Origin: Candidatus Anoxychlamydiales bacterium
Lineage (GTDB): Bacteria > Chlamydiota > Chlamydiia > Chlamydiales > SM23-39
Length of the DNA: 57,580 nucleotides
Assembly (NCBI GenBank): GCA_011065125.1
Contig: JAAKFI010000005.1
Span: forward strand, 1-57,580
Direction: 5' to 3'
This document shows, in pieces, positions 57,410 through 57,580 of the stretch. The notes under the pieces are model-generated. The model ran no database searches and had not been told where the DNA came from. It saw only the letters and a program-made list of their open reading frames with translations. Each line of letters begins with the position of its first letter. Within the stretch, counting starts at the first letter, position 1. Both the position numbers and the translations under genes were made by a program.

Positions 57410-57580
57410 ATTATTTCTCCTAGGTTAAATTTTATGCCTATAGTTTAACACATTTGTTTTTTTTTACAATTAATAATATTCTTAAAATAAATTAATTATA
57501 ATTATAAAAAAAACTTTAAATAAAGTTTATTGATAGAAAAAAGCTCTCTAAAGCAACTTTTAATTTTATATTTCTTGAAA

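Overview
This is a very AT-rich chromosomal segment from a member of the Chlamydiae. Evidence for that: the PVC-superphylum signature small basic protein, a fused double UvrA, and chlamydial gene order (dacA-ybbR-htrB; ybeY-CBS-DUF3604; HEAT-LptD-def-secG-tpiA-xseAB-dxs). An environmental lineage is likely, but this is inference. Positions ~4360-57580 are mostly housekeeping genes, interrupted by several orphan ORFs that look like type III effectors or Inc proteins. Positions 1-4361 are a decaying accessory island directly downstream of the 3' end of tRNA-Ser(TGA). The island holds three diverged copies of one XRE-HTH gene: a pseudogene, an intact copy, and a 3' stub 9 nt from the tRNA. Each copy precedes different cargo: an F-box/hydrophobic-repeat protein, a translationally coupled FRG-domain protein, and a probable large SF1 helicase-nuclease that runs off the window edge. 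The island also has a headless trypsin-like protease and an HTH remnant. The 15-mer AAAAAATACCCAAAA from the XRE 3' end occurs four times, and two copies closely bracket the FRG gene. This XRE-punctuated cargo array, with its XRE-FRG pair, is the best candidate for an undescribed system. Several real genes are missing from the ORF track (edge helicase ORF, rpmG, two small basic proteins). All family assignments come from motif recognition by eye; no searches were run.
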